Virus record (IMG/VR): IMGVR_UViG_3300042013_000103
Source: a virus
Lineage: Duplodnaviria; Caudoviricetes
Strand: one strand, 5' to 3'
DNA: 64,000 nucleotides
A program made the translations under genes and the position numbers. The notes under the pieces are model-generated. The model worked only from the letters and a program-made list of their open reading frames with translations. It searched no databases and was not told the DNA's origin. Each line of letters opens with the position of its first letter. The stretch's first letter is position 1. Of the stretch, positions 1-9,546 are shown piece by piece.

Positions 1-1008
1 CTTGCCGTCGAACTTGACGTACAGGTGCTTCAGACGACCAGCAGGATCGATGGTGTCGGAAATGTCCAGCTGGCCTTTGTTGATCAGCAGGTTGGCGTTG
101 GAGTTGCCCATCAGGTCGATCTTGACGCCCGGCAGCAGCGGAGCGGTGGTGATCGACAGGTTCTGGTCGTTGATGATGGTGACAGGTGGCACCAGCAGTG
201 GGTCCGCGAAGAACGCGACGTTGCTGTTGTCCGGGCTGATAGCCGGGATCAGTGCGGTGGAGCTGTCGTCCAGGATCGAAGGGTCACGGTAAGCTTCTAC
301 CATGTTCACTTCTTTGTTTTCCAGGCGCACGCCAGACACAGCGTGGTGGACGTCTTTCATGATCGCGATGTACGGCAGGATCTGAACAACGCCGCCTTCG
401 ATTGGGTTGACGATGGTGGTCGGGTAAACGCGTTCAGCGAACTCGTCCTGCACCGGGGAACCCAGGTTGTAAGCCACGGTCACAACGCGGTAGTCGCGCT
501 GGGATTTTTCGTTGTAGTTTTCCAGGCCTTGGCCGTTTTGGAAAACCTGCATCGAACCGGCGGCGCCTTCGAAGTTGTGAGTCACGTTGAACACGTTAGG
601 GTCATTGCTGACCGACTCAACCGAGACCTTGCGCAGGGCTTTGATGTAGTGGCTTTCGTTGGAGCACGCGATCGCAGCGATGGACGCCGAAGTGATGCGG
701 TTGTCGTGAATGCGTTGCTCTTCACGGGTCATCGGCTCTTTACGGCCATCCAGGTGGGCTTCGAAACCGAAGCGCTTCAGCAGGGAAGTCAGGCCGCGGT
801 AGATGCCTTGGGCTTCTTTGGCTTCATCACCGGAAACGGCGCCGAAGGATTCCATGCCAACGGATTTCACCAGGTTGCTGCCTTGGGACAGGATGCTGTC
901 AGCCAGGCCGGCGGTCGCGGTGAGTTCGTTGGTGAAGTCTTCCATGGAGAAGCGGGTGTAGGTCGCAGCGGAATCCGCTTTAAACATCTGCTTTGCTGTA
1001 TGTTTCAT
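1..1008 (-). CDS. Major capsid protein (phiKZ gp120-like), N-terminal part; runs off the left edge
   Basis: Not in the ORF track. Manual translation from ATG 1008 (RBS AAGGA): MKHTAKQMFKAD...QGLENYNEKSQRDYRVVTVAYNLGSPVQDEFAERVYPTTIVNPIEGGVVQILPYIAIMKDV...EAYRDPSILDD..., recognisable as the phiKZ-type MCP. It lies next to a gp119-like gene and DnaB as in phiKZ. Confidence 0.95.
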   Translation of the reverse strand, partial: MKHTAKQMFKADSAATYTRFSMEDFTNELTATAGLADSILSQGSNLVKSVGMESFGAVSGDEAKEAQGIYRGLTSLLKRFGFEAHLDGRKEPMTREEQRIHDNRITSASIAAIACSNESHYIKALRKVSVESVSNDPNVFNVTHNFEGAAGSMQVFQNGQGLENYNEKSQRDYRVVTVAYNLGSPVQDEFAERVYPTTIVNPIEGGVVQILPYIAIMKDVHHAVSGVRLENKEVNMVEAYRDPSILDDSSTALIPAISPDNSNVAFFADPLLVPPVTIINDQNLSITTAPLLPGVKIDLMGNSNANLLINKGQLDISDTIDPAGRLKHLYVKFDGK

Positions 1009-1072
1009 GTTGCATTCCTTCGAAGGATGAAAGTATGGTTTGCTAAGCGCAATCAATCTGGCAGCCGGGTAT

Positions 1073-1627
1073 CTAGTCTACCCGCTGGGATTCCAAATAA
1101 TTAGTGAAGATTTTGGTCGCTGCTACGAGTTCAAATGAACGGTTTCTCAACAGCTCGCCAATCACGCTATCAAAGAAATCGCGATTGACCTTAACCGAGA
1201 GTCGACTTGGATCGCCTATAACATCATGCAACCTCTGCTGCACTGCAACCCACAGATTCTCATCTACAGGATAAAGGGTATAAGAGCGAATGGTGCGCGC
1301 GCTCGTCCCTTGACGTAAATGCAAGCTTTGCATACGTCCCTCTAAACGATTGTGCAACTCACGCCACTTCGCTTGGTACGCGTCGAGGGTGGCTGCACTC
1401 TTTGCCAGCAGTGCCAAAGGAGGCTCTGCCAAGCAGACATCGAGTACCGAACAGAACTCAATGGTGAAATTGTCATGGGCGTCCTGCATTTCTGCCAGGT
1501 CCGTCACCGAGCTAACTTCTGTTATATAGTTGGTATCACACAGTTTACTGAACTGGACACCATCCGTCTTGTAACGGTCGTAAGTGGACGCGGGTAACAC
1601 AATTAACCTGGTCATGGAAGCAAGCAC
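1073..1627 (-). CDS. Conserved hypothetical/virion protein (positional phiKZ gp119 equivalent)
   Basis: 184-aa ORF between DnaB and MCP; GTG start, alternative ATG at 1615. Confidence 0.7.
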   Translation of the reverse strand: MLASMTRLIVLPASTYDRYKTDGVQFSKLCDTNYITEVSSVTDLAEMQDAHDNFTIEFCSVLDVCLAEPPLALLAKSAATLDAYQAKWRELHNRLEGRMQSLHLRQGTSARTIRSYTLYPVDENLWVAVQQRLHDVIGDPSRLSVKVNRDFFDSVIGELLRNRSFELVAATKIFTNYLESQRVD

Positions 1628-1752
1628 CTATAATGGAGATTAGGCTAACGTAATGAATACATACTGTTACGTACACACACGGGCGACATTTTACTAACCC
1701 TGCTTATGGTACATAGAGGTCTACATTATTTTTGCAGCAAGGAAATGGATAA

Positions 1753-3291
1753 ATGGCATCTCCAAAACAACTCATGATTAGCTGTGTTACCTTGCTCTGC
1801 TTGGAGCACCGAGACGATTCACCGGCGTCACCATCCACTGAGCTGATCAATGAAGTTATCGAAACGTTGCCTGTCAAGGAAACCACGGTTGACATCGACC
1901 ATGGCATGCAGACCTTTATGGAGCTGCGCAAGCTGGTTCAAGAACTGAACCGCAAACTGAAGACCCAGTTCCCGTCGACCTCTGAAGTCATGCAGATGAT
2001 TCAGATCAGCTGCCGGGAAGAAGTGTTCCTGTACGAAGCGGCCCGTGACGCTATTAATGAAGACTTCCCGGATGGGCAGTCCATTATGCGCCGGGTGAAC
2101 TCGTACCGTTCCACGCTGCACACGTACATGAACGAAGAACGCATCAAAGCGTTGGTCAAGGACTGCTCAGCGAAGCTGCTGTTCAACCGTGGCGGTGCGG
2201 TGGATCCAGCGGCGCTCGTGAACGACATGGTGGAAAAAGTCGCCCCGTACCTGAAAGCCCGTTCGGAGATGCGTCACCCGGCTGAGATTGGGTCCATGGA
2301 CTTCTCCAACCCCACCGGTGTGGCGGACTACTTCGAGTCGGTGAAGAACACGCTCTCGTCGGAAGGTGCCTTCAAGACTGGTTGGAAAGGCTTTAACCGC
2401 ATGCTGGGCAAACTGGGGGCCATGCGTCGGGGTGAGTTCATCTTAGGTGGTGGTCTACAGCACAACTTTAAAACGGGGTTGTCCCTGGCGTTATTCTGTC
2501 ACGTGTGTTTGTTCAACAAACCGTTCATGCGGGACAAGAACAAGAAACCCATGGTGTTGTTCGTCACCCTCGAGAACGAGATCCCGGACAACCTGCTGAT
2601 CATCTACGCCTACATCAAAGAAAACGAAACCGGCGAGAAGGTCGACGTTGGGCTGATCAACAAACAGGAAGCGGCTGATTACGTGTGTGCCCGGATGGAA
2701 GAAACCGGGTTCACCGTGAAGATGGTGCGCTTTGACCCTTCGGACTTTAGCATTGGGGGCTTCACCAACTACCTCGATGGGATTCAGGCACAGGGTTTTG
2801 AGATTCAGTACCTGTGCGTGGACTACCTCAACATGCTGCCGAAGACGGGGCTGGACGCACAAGTGGCCGGCGATGACATTCGCTTGCTGTTCCGTCGGAT
2901 GCGCAACTACACCACGCCTCGGGGCATTACCTTCTTCAGTCCCCACCAGCTCTCCTCGGACGCCCTCCAGCTTTCGCGAGAGAACACCGAGGACTTGGTT
3001 AAGGTGGTGGCGAACCGTGGCTACTACGACGGTTGCCGACGTCTGGGCCAGGAACCCGATTTGGAGATCCTGTTCCATATTGTGAAGATGGGGGGCAAAT
3101 CGTACTTCACCGTACAACGGGGCAAACACCGGAACACCGTAACCCGTGCGGAAGACCAGTACTTCGTGTTGCCGTTCCAAGACATCGGGACCATCCCGTG
3201 GGACATCGACAAAGACGAAGACTACACCCTGTCCGCCGTGGGGCGTAAACAAGGGGCCGACGGCGACGAGTTCGACGACAGCTGGGCGTAA
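1753..3291 (+). CDS. dnaB: DnaB-like replicative helicase (phiKZ gp118-like)
   Basis: TGWKGFNRMLG, Walker A variant GGGLQHNFKTG, Walker B LCVDYLNM, FSPHQLS, QRGKHR. Confidence 0.92.
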   Translation: MASPKQLMISCVTLLCLEHRDDSPASPSTELINEVIETLPVKETTVDIDHGMQTFMELRKLVQELNRKLKTQFPSTSEVMQMIQISCREEVFLYEAARDAINEDFPDGQSIMRRVNSYRSTLHTYMNEERIKALVKDCSAKLLFNRGGAVDPAALVNDMVEKVAPYLKARSEMRHPAEIGSMDFSNPTGVADYFESVKNTLSSEGAFKTGWKGFNRMLGKLGAMRRGEFILGGGLQHNFKTGLSLALFCHVCLFNKPFMRDKNKKPMVLFVTLENEIPDNLLIIYAYIKENETGEKVDVGLINKQEAADYVCARMEETGFTVKMVRFDPSDFSIGGFTNYLDGIQAQGFEIQYLCVDYLNMLPKTGLDAQVAGDDIRLLFRRMRNYTTPRGITFFSPHQLSSDALQLSRENTEDLVKVVANRGYYDGCRRLGQEPDLEILFHIVKMGGKSYFTVQRGKHRNTVTRAEDQYFVLPFQDIGTIPWDIDKDEDYTLSAVGRKQGADGDEFDDSWA

Positions 3292-3305
3292 GACAAAAAA
3301 AATAA

Positions 3306-3343
3306 GGCATAAGCCCCCTCCGCGATGGAGGGGGCAATATGTC
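3306..3343. terminator. Bidirectional hairpin terminator (GGCATAA-stem-AATATGTC family)
   Basis: GCCCCCTCC-gcgat-GGAGGGGGC stem between convergent genes. Confidence 0.8.
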
Positions 3344-3347
3344 GTGT

Positions 3348-4439
3348 TTAGCCTTGAACGTAGATCCGTTCGAACTCCAGCTTAAGGTGCGTTTGTACCC
3401 GCTGCATGGCATCGGCCGCTTCCTCGAGGGTGTCGGCGGTGAAGCTGTACATCGTTTGTCCTATGGTTGCTTGGATCAGTGCCAACTTTGGAACGGGGGT
3501 GTCACTCGGCATGGACCGATTGCACGCCGCTTCTCGCTGTTCCCGACGGATCCGGTTCAAGTTATTGGAAAGGTGCGTGTAGGCCAATGCCACCCCTTCG
3601 ATACTCAGGGCTAGGGCACCGTCTGGTAGTAAGTCCTTAGTTCGATCTTGGGTGGTTTCCTGCTGTTGCTCTGGTGGCGTGTCGACACTCAGTGGAGGAT
3701 TTGAGTTGGCTAACGCCATTCGTACCATGTTGGCGACCACCGCATACGACAGTGGACCATCGAATTGCTCGGGTGCATTCATGCTCACCCTGAGTTCGTG
3801 ATTCTTATCGGTCCACGGCCACATAACCGAACCGCTCACCTGGACGTGATCTAGATTGCGCAGGTGCGCATAGGCCAAGAAAATCGCCTTGTCCAAGGGG
3901 GTGGAATAAGCCACGTAGCTAACCCGTTCTTCGTCACTGGTCACCAGTTGCAGTTCTTGCAAGTACAGCATTGCATTCCGCAGGGTACTCCCTGCGTTCA
4001 CCAAGTCTGAAAACTTAATGATGTTGTCGGAAATGTCCACGTGCGGTCCTTTTAAATTACTGTTGTCATTTCTTACGTTTATTGGGGTGAATTCATTGAT
4101 TGGCAGGGGGGCGTACTGCCGGTCGTCGCGTAGGGCTAAAAAGACCCGACGGGTGAGGTTCGTCAAAGGCCCCAACCGATGAGTGTGTTTCAATCCATCC
4201 GTCACCACTAGCTGTTGGTTTTCCGCCAACGCCAGAAACCGATCATTGGAAAAGTAAATCCTGTACCCCGCTTGCAGGAAAAACCGCATCGCCTCAAGCA
4301 CGGAAAATGCTTGGGTACGGGGTAAGTAAGCGGCTAAGGCTTCGCGGTTGATGCCCGGGGAATTGAACACGTAAGCTTTACGGTCCCCACCGGACATTTT
4401 TTCCAACGTGGCGACGCGAATCATCTGGGGCTGGTACAT
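3348..4439 (-). CDS. Hypothetical protein (363 aa)
   Basis: Long ORF with ATG and RBS AGGA, colinear with neighbours. Confidence 0.8.
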   Translation of the reverse strand: MYQPQMIRVATLEKMSGGDRKAYVFNSPGINREALAAYLPRTQAFSVLEAMRFFLQAGYRIYFSNDRFLALAENQQLVVTDGLKHTHRLGPLTNLTRRVFLALRDDRQYAPLPINEFTPINVRNDNSNLKGPHVDISDNIIKFSDLVNAGSTLRNAMLYLQELQLVTSDEERVSYVAYSTPLDKAIFLAYAHLRNLDHVQVSGSVMWPWTDKNHELRVSMNAPEQFDGPLSYAVVANMVRMALANSNPPLSVDTPPEQQQETTQDRTKDLLPDGALALSIEGVALAYTHLSNNLNRIRREQREAACNRSMPSDTPVPKLALIQATIGQTMYSFTADTLEEAADAMQRVQTHLKLEFERIYVQG

Positions 4440-4488
4440 TGTAATTTCCTAGTCGATGGGTTTATGCCGGGGTTTGGTTTGGTTACGG

Positions 4489-5502
4489 TTATTGCGGTTC
4501 CCAGGCCCCGTTGACGAACTCAGGGAACCGGGTGACGAGTCGCAGGGCGGTGATGATCCCCCCTGTGTGTTGAGCATACGTGTGAGCAAGCCGAACCGCT
4601 TCGTCCATGGGTGCTGTAATTTGGACAGTGTTGGTGTGGTCGTACTCGACTTCCAGATTGATTGAATTCAACAGCCGGTTGTCGTCTTTAAAGGACATAG
4701 GGAGCGTAACACGCTCATCGAACTGGTCCATCGGTTCATTGTTCAATTGAGAAGCCAATCCATGAAACGGGCTGGTGTTTGGCAAGGCAGCTAACACTTT
4801 GCGCAGTTCACTGATCGGGTGTGGTTTTCCGGTCACACTTCCGGCTCGGATTTGGAACTGCCCTGCCCAGTGACCCTTACCCCCGATCAACAGGTGGTAA
4901 CCATCCATCACATTACCTCCGTGTTCCAGTACCGATTGGAGTACGTACAACTGGCACAGCTGTGGGGTGGGCAAGTCTTTCGCGACAAAGGGTTGTCCGG
5001 ATAGGCCATGGCGTTTCATGTACTGCTTTACCTGGTCCTGAGTTTGGATACTTTCCCTGAGCTCAGCCCACGTGAGAACAAGCTTCGGTTCGTCTGTGTC
5101 TTTAGGGTTCACCTGTTCATTTTTCATAGTGTCGTCTTTGGCAGCCTGCCGCGCTAACTCAGTGAAATGGCTGGTTAAATTGAGTTCATCCAGCACCTTG
5201 CCCAAATCCGCTACGGAATACACGTCGGAGATATGCTCCTTGTCTTTAAAGTAAAACTGGTCCAACCCCGTGGGGACGAGGGCAAGGGAGGTTTTCATTA
5301 AGCTACGTTCAGTGACTGTTCCGTTGTGGTTCAGAATGGTTTTGATTACAAACAGTCGCCACTGGGCCTCTGTCCAGAACGGGCACCGTGGATCAGGGGC
5401 ACCCCAGCGCCAGCGGTGGGTGTCAAAGAAACGGTCTACATCATCGGGGGTTTTGATTTGCTGGACCAGTTCATCCAAATAAAACTGTTGACGTATAGCC
5501 AC
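4489..5502 (-). CDS. Hypothetical protein with internal duplication
   Basis: Probable GTG start at 5502 after RBS GAGG; two similar ~120-aa units. Confidence 0.8.
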   Translation of the reverse strand: MAIRQQFYLDELVQQIKTPDDVDRFFDTHRWRWGAPDPRCPFWTEAQWRLFVIKTILNHNGTVTERSLMKTSLALVPTGLDQFYFKDKEHISDVYSVADLGKVLDELNLTSHFTELARQAAKDDTMKNEQVNPKDTDEPKLVLTWAELRESIQTQDQVKQYMKRHGLSGQPFVAKDLPTPQLCQLYVLQSVLEHGGNVMDGYHLLIGGKGHWAGQFQIRAGSVTGKPHPISELRKVLAALPNTSPFHGLASQLNNEPMDQFDERVTLPMSFKDDNRLLNSINLEVEYDHTNTVQITAPMDEAVRLAHTYAQHTGGIITALRLVTRFPEFVNGAWEPQ

Positions 5503-5570
5503 GGTGGAAATTCCTCTTGACGGCATAAGGGGAGATCCCTGAGGAGGATCTCTTAAGTGGTGACCACTTC

Positions 5571-5582
5571 TGTTATATAGTT
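5571..5582 (-). promoter_or_regulatory. Putative early (virion RNAP) promoter, ACTATATAACA variant
   Basis: Matches the recurrent ACTATAT(T/A/C)ACA motif; ~70 nt upstream of the 5502 start. Confidence 0.65.
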
Positions 5583-5597
5583 CTGACTTTTTCTATA

Positions 5598-5936
5598 CTA
5601 GTCGAACAACACGCCAGGACGGTCTAATTTACTGATGTCTGAGGTGACGTGATTGTGACCCGCCTCGTCTTGGTACAGGTACACCCCATCGGCCAACCCC
5701 ACACCCCATTGCTTTTCCAGCAAGCGGTTGATGACCATGGTGGTGCATTCACTCTGATTCAAATCGGCATCGTAGTAACGTTCCGTATCGGTAGGCCACA
5801 GTCGCTCAGCGGCGATGTGTTCGTGCAGGGTCTTTTGTAGGATAGCTTCTTCGATTTCATACAACATCATGATAGGCCAGCACATGGTACAGGTTCCTTT
5901 TGGCGGGAGTTTTCTTTTTGGGTTTTCTGAATACAA
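5598..5936 (-). CDS. Hypothetical protein (start uncertain)
   Basis: 112-aa ORF; TTG start or a downstream ATG. Confidence 0.6.
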   Translation of the reverse strand: MYSENPKRKLPPKGTCTMCWPIMMLYEIEEAILQKTLHEHIAAERLWPTDTERYYDADLNQSECTTMVINRLLEKQWGVGLADGVYLYQDEAGHNHVTSDISKLDRPGVLFD

Positions 5937-6136
5937 AGTAGTTCCCTTCTCCTAAGGGAGAAGTAGAGCTAAGGATGTTGTAGCTTAAGCTACAACGGGT
6001 TAATACGAAATAAAGCCTTCCTCCTTTGATCTTAGGACACCCCCCAACTCATTTTATTTACACGCTGAGTAATTCTTCCCTAAGGCAAAAGAAAAGAACT
6101 TACTGGATCCCTCAAACGAGAGACCCAGTAATGTTG

Positions 6137-6526
6137 TTATGCCGTGACAGGCAACACCGCAGGAGGCGCAAACACAGGAGCGGAGAGGTCAACCAACGTC
6201 GCCGCTTCGGTATGAACGTACTTGGTTCCGAACAACAGCTCGTTGATCTGACTGGCGTAGTGCTGACCAGCAGGATCACGTTCCATCAAACGGATGCAGC
6301 AACTGCCATGCCCACCGGTGTCGGTCCAGTAGGTATAGACCTGTTGGACGTTGCCCAACCCAGGGCGGGACTTGTCACGTTTAGCCATCACAGCAATCAC
6401 GTTGCACTTCATATCCACCGGTACGTCAAACAATGCACCGTCATACGAGCTTTTGGTCAGCTCATTAATCTGCACCAGCTTAGCATTCAGTTCTTGGATC
6501 CGGACATCACGTTCTTGTTCGATCAT
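6137..6526 (-). CDS. Hypothetical protein
   Basis: ATG 6526 with RBS AGGA (MIEQERD...). Confidence 0.75.
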   Translation of the reverse strand: MIEQERDVRIQELNAKLVQINELTKSSYDGALFDVPVDMKCNVIAVMAKRDKSRPGLGNVQQVYTYWTDTGGHGSCCIRLMERDPAGQHYASQINELLFGTKYVHTEAATLVDLSAPVFAPPAVLPVTA

Positions 6527-6536
6527 TGCGGGGTTC

Positions 6537-6959
6537 CTATTGGACTGGGGCAACCGTAGCCAACTCGTGGGCACGAGCAGCTTCGAGGAAGCGGGAAAAG
6601 GCGTGGATGAAATGAGCAGAGGCGTAGCTGTACGACTTCTGGCGCACCTCAGTTTTCACATGGAAACGTTCGGTGGTGGTGTCGTACCAGATCGACACCC
6701 GGAAGCCACCCACGAGGTTGATCCACAGGGGACCAACATGGGTGATGTTGTGGCGATAGATACCGGCCAGTGACGCGAACGTCACCAGGTCAAACACTTC
6801 GGCCGGAAGACTGGCTTCGGCGGTGTCCAACATCCGCCACAATGGGTCTTGGTCAGGGAAACGGGTGTAGAGTTCCAGCGTGTGTTCGATGGCGTTCAGC
6901 ACCGTGATCTCATTGAGCACGTACGCCGCCAACACGGATTGCAAACTGTCGTAAGTCAT
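6537..6959 (-). CDS. Hypothetical protein
   Basis: ATG 6959 with RBS GAGG (MTYDSLQ...). Confidence 0.75.
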   Translation of the reverse strand: MTYDSLQSVLAAYVLNEITVLNAIEHTLELYTRFPDQDPLWRMLDTAEASLPAEVFDLVTFASLAGIYRHNITHVGPLWINLVGGFRVSIWYDTTTERFHVKTEVRQKSYSYASAHFIHAFSRFLEAARAHELATVAPVQ

Positions 6960-6969
6960 GTCAATAACC

Positions 6970-7404
6970 TCAACGAGGGAACAGTGCCGTCTCGCCCTCA
7001 ATTTCTGGAAAGGCGGTAAGCAAACCGTCCAGCACGTCATCGGGCAAGTCGATGGCACCGGGTACTGCAGGTGCTTCGGGCGGTAAGCCAGACCACAGGA
7101 CCACTGCTTTACGAAAGCCAGTGCGGTAACGGGGCAGGATGTCCGCCAAGGCCTTGTGGAACTTCTTGCCGTTCACCAAATAGATCGCCGCCCCGTTGGG
7201 CAGGGTTACTACACGTGCCGGTACCCGCGTAGCCAGTACCCGCGCAATGGCTCGGTGGGCGTAGGTGAATTGACGACGGGCTTGGTAGCGCTCACATTGA
7301 GTGACAGCCAAGCGAATGAGTTCCACTAGGTCGGTGAAGATCAGTTCGGTTTTCTTGCACCCCGACAACTGCCGGAGTTCAGCGTAGGTATAATGCAGGG
7401 CCAT
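6970..7404 (-). CDS. Hypothetical basic protein
   Basis: 144-aa ORF tightly packed in the operon. Confidence 0.75.
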   Translation of the reverse strand: MALHYTYAELRQLSGCKKTELIFTDLVELIRLAVTQCERYQARRQFTYAHRAIARVLATRVPARVVTLPNGAAIYLVNGKKFHKALADILPRYRTGFRKAVVLWSGLPPEAPAVPGAIDLPDDVLDGLLTAFPEIEGETALFPR

Positions 7405-7419
7405 GAGGCGCTCCTAAGG

Positions 7420-7833
7420 TTAAGAGTTGAGGTCGTACTTAAAACCACGGGCACGATACAGGTGGAAGAAGAACTCCACAGCCGCGAGGAGTTTGTCCTT
7501 GTCAAACAGACTGATGAAGTCTTGGTCTGTGGCGTAGCTGACCGCGTAGTCCTCACCAGTACGGTAAAGGTTGATGGCCTGACCGTGAGTTTCGATACAC
7601 AGGTCACTCCCGTTGATCAGGAAGCGTTCCAGCCCGTACGCGACCAACGACGCTCCCACGAGACGGTTCCATTTTGGATCGTTCTCAAGGTGCAGGGCAC
7701 GGTACTGTTCTTGCAGGGTGGTGAACCGGAGATCGAAGGTCATGGTGGGATCCAGTTGCACCAGGGTGCGGATCAACGTGTCCACGTCACCTTCACGGGC
7801 GTACAGTTCCAGGGCGTCATTCAATTTAGTCAT
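7420..7833 (-). CDS. Hypothetical protein
   Basis: ATG 7833 with RBS GAGG (MTKLNDAL...). Confidence 0.75.
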   Translation of the reverse strand: MTKLNDALELYAREGDVDTLIRTLVQLDPTMTFDLRFTTLQEQYRALHLENDPKWNRLVGASLVAYGLERFLINGSDLCIETHGQAINLYRTGEDYAVSYATDQDFISLFDKDKLLAAVEFFFHLYRARGFKYDLNS

Positions 7834-7888
7834 TACATTTTCCTCTTGGTAAAACGGAATAGAACGTGGCCCCGAGAGGCCACGGCAG

Positions 7889-9163
7889 TTATTGGACCTT
7901 ACGTACGAAGCAAGGCACCGGGTACAAGCACGCGTAGGTTTCACTGTCACCCAACGTGTACCGATGAAACCCTTGAGTCAATAGAAAGTCTAGGCTTCCC
8001 CCGGGGGTGGAATGGGCTCGAGTCATGTCGAGGTCGATTCCTGTGAAGGTAAACACCCACGAGGCATCGCCCAATCGAACCTTGGCCGAACGCAGCTGGT
8101 AGCCATCGTACGTGAACATAATGCGCGAGCGGGCATCTGCTTCACTCAGGTCACCCGATGCAGCAGTCGGGTCGATGGCATGATAAGCCTGAACCAACTT
8201 AATCATCATTTCCTCGCCTTTCCGGGCGTTCTCTTTGATGGCTTGGTGGTCGCTCAGGGCATTGAACGTCGCACCAACGGGTTTCGTTACCGGCTCAGTG
8301 AACGGGTGTACGATGGAGGTATTCGGAGCTGGGGCTTGGCCAGCCCATGCATTGAGGAACGGCCACTGCTTCGGGTTGTAGTGACGGTCCAAGGCCGCGA
8401 ACATCACCGGGGTGGTGACGTACCCGGTCGATTCTTCTTTCCCATGGGTTTGGTAGAACCGGTTCCGCAGGGTGATCAAGAAGTTGTCCCAATCCCACGG
8501 GGAGAAGAACTCGTTACGGCCGTGGTGGTGCGCGACAAAGTGCACCAATGACGCAGTATGGCACACCGAAACGACACCTACCGTCCGATGTTCCTGTTCC
8601 AAGTCGAGGTCCATCACAGCCAGGCCCACGATCAAATACCCCGTACGGTTATCACCCACCGCCACCAGGCGCCCATCGGCCAGATCTTGCGGAGTCAACA
8701 AGCCGATTTGTTCCGGGTGCCACACGGTAAACACCCCCGAACACTCCGCCAAGAACAACTCTTCCATGGTGGTACCAAACCCCGACAATTCTTCGATGTT
8801 ACCCTCGTAACGATAAAAGAACGCTTCAAATGCCGTCAACGGGTTGTATTCCGCAAAGTATTCATAGGTGGCGTGGTGGGCAACGTCGAGGATGCTGTAC
8901 GGCGCGTCTTTTAGTTCGATACCGAACGCATGCAAGGTCGCGGCGGGGGTGGTGCCATGATTCGGTTGTGTGTAGGTATGTTTGCTCAGGTCGAGGACGT
9001 ATTCCCGGCCCGAGTACGTTTTGGTCAAACGAAACGAATGGACCATGCGCATCACCAATTGCTCGGCCGACATGCCGCGGCATTGGTGGTACAGCTGTTG
9101 GGTCTTTTTGTCCATGTGGTGGACACTGTTGTGAATGGCACTGGCTACGGATGCAAAAGACAT
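7889..9163 (-). CDS. Hypothetical protein (424 aa)
   Basis: Long ORF with RBS AGGA. Confidence 0.8.
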   Translation of the reverse strand: MSFASVASAIHNSVHHMDKKTQQLYHQCRGMSAEQLVMRMVHSFRLTKTYSGREYVLDLSKHTYTQPNHGTTPAATLHAFGIELKDAPYSILDVAHHATYEYFAEYNPLTAFEAFFYRYEGNIEELSGFGTTMEELFLAECSGVFTVWHPEQIGLLTPQDLADGRLVAVGDNRTGYLIVGLAVMDLDLEQEHRTVGVVSVCHTASLVHFVAHHHGRNEFFSPWDWDNFLITLRNRFYQTHGKEESTGYVTTPVMFAALDRHYNPKQWPFLNAWAGQAPAPNTSIVHPFTEPVTKPVGATFNALSDHQAIKENARKGEEMMIKLVQAYHAIDPTAASGDLSEADARSRIMFTYDGYQLRSAKVRLGDASWVFTFTGIDLDMTRAHSTPGGSLDFLLTQGFHRYTLGDSETYACLYPVPCFVRKVQ

Positions 9164-9190
9164 TGTTAGATTCCTATTAGAAAAAGAGAG

Positions 9191-9376
9191 TTACCAGGTT
9201 TTGGCCACGAGGACGACAAACAGCACGACCTCAATCAAGAAAGTCCAGGTCACCAAGTGCCGTACGGACAACTGCTTCAGTACGTTACTGCCTTCAATGA
9301 CCAAACTGACCCAGATGCCGGCGAAGATGATCAACGCGAACGTTACAACGATGTTGCCTGCAATCAACGCACCCAT
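9191..9376 (-). CDS. Small membrane protein, two TM segments
   Basis: Almost entirely hydrophobic 61-aa ORF. Confidence 0.7.
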   Translation of the reverse strand: MGALIAGNIVVTFALIIFAGIWVSLVIEGSNVLKQLSVRHLVTWTFLIEVVLFVVLVAKTW

Positions 9377-9546
9377 GGAAATGCTCCGGCGAGTAGAGTG
9401 TAAGAAGAGCAGGGCTTCTGTGGGTTCGTACAGAACTCACTAGACACAAACCCTACCGGTTTTACCAGTTGCGTGTAGAAAACCGCCCCAGCGAGGCCTA
9501 GGGCGCTTCCGACCACCAACACAACGACCAACAGCTTGTGTTTCAT
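9364..9546 (-). CDS. Small protein with N-terminal signal/TM segment
   Basis: MKHKLLVVVLVVGSALGLAGAVFY; ATGA-coupled to the upstream gene. Confidence 0.65.
   Translation of the reverse strand: MKHKLLVVVLVVGSALGLAGAVFYTQLVKPVGFVSSEFCTNPQKPCSSYTLLAGAFPWVR

Noticed and set aside
25-1104. 359-aa plus-strand ORF in the track
   Set aside because: Antisense shadow of the major capsid gene; no recognisable motifs.
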